A stretch of 63,990 bases of DNA, filler included, from Craspedostauros australis (Eukaryota), in the NCBI GenBank assembly GCA_030167865.1. It is 14 parts of 14 records of this genome, joined end to end, with 100 filler letters (N's around TTAATTAATTAA, not from the genome) between each part and the next. Parts side by side here need not be neighbours in the genome. Positions count along the whole stretch, not along the records: positions 62,509 to 63,990 come from JALAGF010005342.1; 13 more parts are not named here. The stretch is one strand, 5' to 3'. The position numbers were made by a program, and so were the translations under genes. A model generated the notes under the pieces. The model was not told the DNA's origin. It saw nothing but the letters and a program-made list of their open reading frames with translations, and did not search any database. Each line of letters begins with the position of its first letter. Within the stretch, counting starts at the first letter, position 1. Below are positions 62,509 to 63,990 of this stretch, one piece after another.

Positions 62509-63406
62509 TGTCGATAGGCAGGAGATCATTCGCAGCTCCATGACAAGTCAACCATCTGCAACCGCACCATCCAATCCACAGTGATTGTCGATGTGCAGGA
62601 GATCATTTGCAACTCCACGACAAGTCAACCATCCATGGCCGCACCATCCAATCCACAGCGATTGTCGATGTGCAGCAGGAGATCATTCGCAGCTCCATGA
62701 CAAGTCAACCATCTGCAACCGCACCATCCAATCCACAGTGATTGTCGATAGGCAGGAGATCATTCGCAGCTCCACGACAAGTCAACCATCCATGGCCGCA
62801 CCATCCAATCCACAGCGATTGTCGATGTGCAGGAGATCATTTGCGACTCCACGACAAGTCAACCATCCATGGCCGCACCATCCAATCCACAGCGATTGTC
62901 GATGTGCAGCAGGAGATCATTCGCAGCTCCACGACAAGTCAACCATCTGCAACCGCACCATCCAATCCACAGTGATTGTTGATGTGCAGCAGGAGATCAT
63001 TCGCAGCTCCACGACAAGTCAACCATCCATGGCCGCACCATCCAATCCACTGCGATTGTCGATGTGCAGCAGGAGATCATTCGCGACTCCACGACAAGTC
63101 AACCATCCATGGCCGCACCATCCAATCCACAGTGATTGTTGATGTGCAGCAGGAGATCATTCGCAGCTCCATGACAAGTCAACCATCCATGGCCGCACCA
63201 TCCAATCCACTGCGATTGTCGATGTGCAGCAGGAGATCATTCGCAGCTCCACGACANNNNNNNNNNNNNNNNNNNNNNNNNNNNNNNNNNNNNNNNNNNN
63301 NNNNNNAACCATCCATGGCCGCACCATCCAATCCACAGTGATTGTCGATAGGCAGGAGATCATTCGCAGCTCCACGACAAGTCAACCATCTGCAACCGCA
63401 ACATCC
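62509..63406. repeat. Minisatellite of 77/80-bp units, at least 11 copies
   Basis: Unit TGTCGAT(AG/GT/GTGCA)GCAGGAGATCATTCGCAGCTCCACGACAAGTCAACCATC...CCGCACCATCCAATCCACAGTGAT. Confidence 0.95.
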
Positions 63407-63558
63407 TATCTTTCGCAGATTCACTCTTTTCTTTTATAGTGCAGACATTTATTTTATGAACTTCCCATGGTGCATTATCGATGCCATTCAGTATTTTCGA
63501 TCCCAACCTTGGGCTGAACATCGTGCCTTGGACATGCCACCGGACATTGAAGAGCACC

Positions 63559-63990
63559 TTATTCTTCGATTGTCTGTGAACAGGTGCCCTCCTTTGGCGT
63601 CCATGCATCCATGTCACACATATGCACATACTCTTTCTTGTCGCGCTCGTTGGCGGTCTTTTTGCCTCGTTTGTCTGCACCTATGTTGGTTGCAGTTGTG
63701 ATGGTACTGCCACTCTTACGCTTCTTGGTTCCGCCTGAACTAATGAGCCTCTTGTTCGCGTCGATCGTTGCAGCGAAGAATGTCTTGATCTTGGTTCGAC
63801 TAGTTTGCATCCTGGCGAGCCAGTTGGTTCGCAAGGGCCCGGTGTTGCACAAGGTTTCATATGCAGTGTACGCAGTCAGCTGATGAGCCTTGACACGTTC
63901 ACCCTCAAGCTTCAATTCCAGCAAAGCTGCAGCTACCTCTGGATCAAGCTTGGATCGTCCCTGGGTGCTCGAGAATGCCCAACCACTGTT
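63559..63990 (-). CDS. C-terminal fragment of an unknown protein, possibly a Sola3-like transposase
   Basis: GWAFSS...LKLEGE...KIKTFF; open to the window edge; resemblance from recollection only. Confidence 0.35.
   Translation of the reverse strand, partial: NSGWAFSSTQGRSKLDPEVAAALLELKLEGERVKAHQLTAYTAYETLCNTGPLRTNWLARMQTSRTKIKTFFAATIDANKRLISSGGTKKRKSGSTITTATNIGADKRGKKTANERDKKEYVHMCDMDAWTPKEGTCSQTIEE

Noticed and set aside
62509..63406. CRISPR-like array
   Set aside because: Head-to-tail units with no unique spacers, no cas genes, and a eukaryotic context

Overview
Eukaryotic, repeat-dominated sequence, most consistent with a diatom: it has CoDi-type Ty1/copia elements and diatom-typical GT8, GT61, Methyltransf_22 and 'GDNP' proteins. 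It is not one locus. Thirteen artificial N-TTAATTAATTAA-N linkers join 14 unrelated scaffolds, and many internal N-gaps are flanked by duplicated sequence. Mobile content: four copia pol/integrase fragments; mariner-like, PIF/Harbinger and piggyBac-like transposases; a complete 2.09-kb Mutator/foldback element with a 10-bp target-site duplication (TSD); and several solo-LTR-like families, some nested three deep. Host-type genes: an ankyrin array, a fatty acyl-AMP ligase, two glycosyltransferases and a methyltransferase. Most notable observations: (1) three related TG..CA families that give 6-bp TSDs; (2) a ~690-bp family with non-canonical AG..CT ends and 5-bp TSDs in all three copies; (3) a ~200-bp mobile cassette carrying a TATA box plus a tRNA-like Pol III unit; (4) a near-identical 102-bp ankyrin array varying mainly at binding-surface positions; (5) an unclassified long-terminus element family, possibly Sola3-like. 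Family assignments rest on recognised motifs, not database searches.
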